This document shows, piece after piece, positions 62,896 to 64,000 of a stretch of DNA of 64,000 bases. The DNA comes from Octopus sinensis. Lineage: Eukaryota. The stretch's first letter is position 1. Every line of letters begins with the position of its first letter. The notes under the pieces are model-generated. The model made no database searches. It worked only from the letters and a program-made list of their open reading frames with translations, and was not told where the DNA came from. The position numbers and the translations under genes were made by a program. Location of the stretch: the NCBI RefSeq assembly GCF_006345805.1, contig NC_043025.1:6882001-6946000 (forward strand). Direction: 5' to 3'.

Positions 62896-63108
62896 AAATA
62901 TTTCGCATTTATTTCAATATTTTGCTTGGGGGGGGGGCATTTCCCTGGACAAACCCCACAGCTAAGAAGCACATAAATAAAATCCATTACATAGGTGACA
63001 TTAGCAATGTTTCCACTATTACAGGTGCGGATAATTCAAAATTTAACACATCAGCATTCAGATTACTCCATCAAATGTAATGCTTATATAATTACATTAT
63101 TATCTCAT

Positions 63109-63271
63109 AGGCGCAGGAGTGGCTGTGTGGTAAGTAGCTTGCTAACCAACCACATGGTTCCGGGTTCAGTCCCACTGCGTGGCATCTTGGGCAAGTGTCT
63201 TCTGCTATAGCCCCGGCCGACCAATGCCTTGTGAGTGGATTTGGTAGACGGAAACTGAAATAAGCCCTGTC

Positions 63272-63329
<58 letters not shown>

Positions 63330-63535
63330 ATATGTTTGAGTGTCTGCATATGTCCCCCTAGCATTGCTTGACAACCGATGCTGGTGTGTTACGTCCCCGT
63401 CACTTAGCGGTTCGGCAAAAGAGACCGATAGAATAAGTACTGGGCTTACAAAGAATAAGTCCCGAGGTCGATCTGCTCGACTAAGGGCAGTGCTCCAGCA
63501 TGGCTGCAGTCAACTGACTGAAACAAGTAAAAGGG
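63109..63535 (+). mobile_element. SINE A copy
   Basis: Full head, linker and tail. Confidence 0.85.
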
Positions 63536-63849
63536 AGTAAAAGAGAAAGAGAGTATAGAATCCATTCTGTGTGTGTGTGTGTATGTGTCTTCTAGGATCT
63601 CGGGCATCCTCCATCTGATTGCACTCAAATTTGATATGTAGATACCGACGGTGTCAGTGCGTGTATCAGTCTTGAAAAAATTACAAAAAAAATCGATTCC
63701 AGGTGAGAAAGCGATCGGTAAAGCTGTTGGATATCGTTTTTCTTTGGTTGGACAATCGACTATATGGCGCTGATAGGGGTTGCCTCCTTTAACACCTAGC
63801 ATGCATATTTCAAACACAGTCGATCATTTTTCTTTCTTTTTCTTTTTCT

Positions 63850-64000
63850 ACTACTGTCTGGCACCTGTGTCGGTGGCACATAAAATCACCCACTACACTC
63901 TCGGAGTGGTTGGCGTTAGGAAGGGCATCCAGCTGTAGAAACACTGCCAGATCTGACTGGCCTGGTGCAGCCTTCGGGCTCCCCAGACCCCAGTTGAACC
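63850..64000 (+). mobile_element. VNTR retroposon 3' part, cut by the window end
   Basis: ctggcacctgtgtcggtggcacataaaatcacccactacactctcggag... is nearly identical to 27278-27420. Confidence 0.75.

Overview
This is AT-rich, extremely repeat-dense eukaryotic DNA, most likely from an Octopus-type cephalopod (inferred from tRNA-derived SINE families I recall, not searched). Almost all listed ORFs are microsatellite or repeat artefacts. One host exon is well supported: a 99-bp phase 0-0 minus-strand exon (51364-51462) encoding the C-terminal half of a bromodomain, most similar to polybromo-1/PBRM1, so the window is probably mostly intron. The rest consists of three tRNA-type SINE families, a VNTR-carrying retroposon with an (ATG)n tail, fossils of piggyBac, R4/Dong, CR1-like, RTE and Penelope-like elements (the last with a degenerate minimal hammerhead ribozyme), Helitron/Helentron-like elements, MITEs, minisatellites and a 100-N gap. 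The most unusual structures are multimeric mobile elements: TTAA-flanked piggyBac-type MITE multimers with a fixed junction spacer (a trimer sits at a demonstrable TTAA target; an 11-mer abuts the exon), and SINE multimers with a fixed ~183-bp unit (a 5-mer is bracketed by a 13-bp target-site duplication). I found no evidence of a prokaryote-type novel system such as CRISPR.
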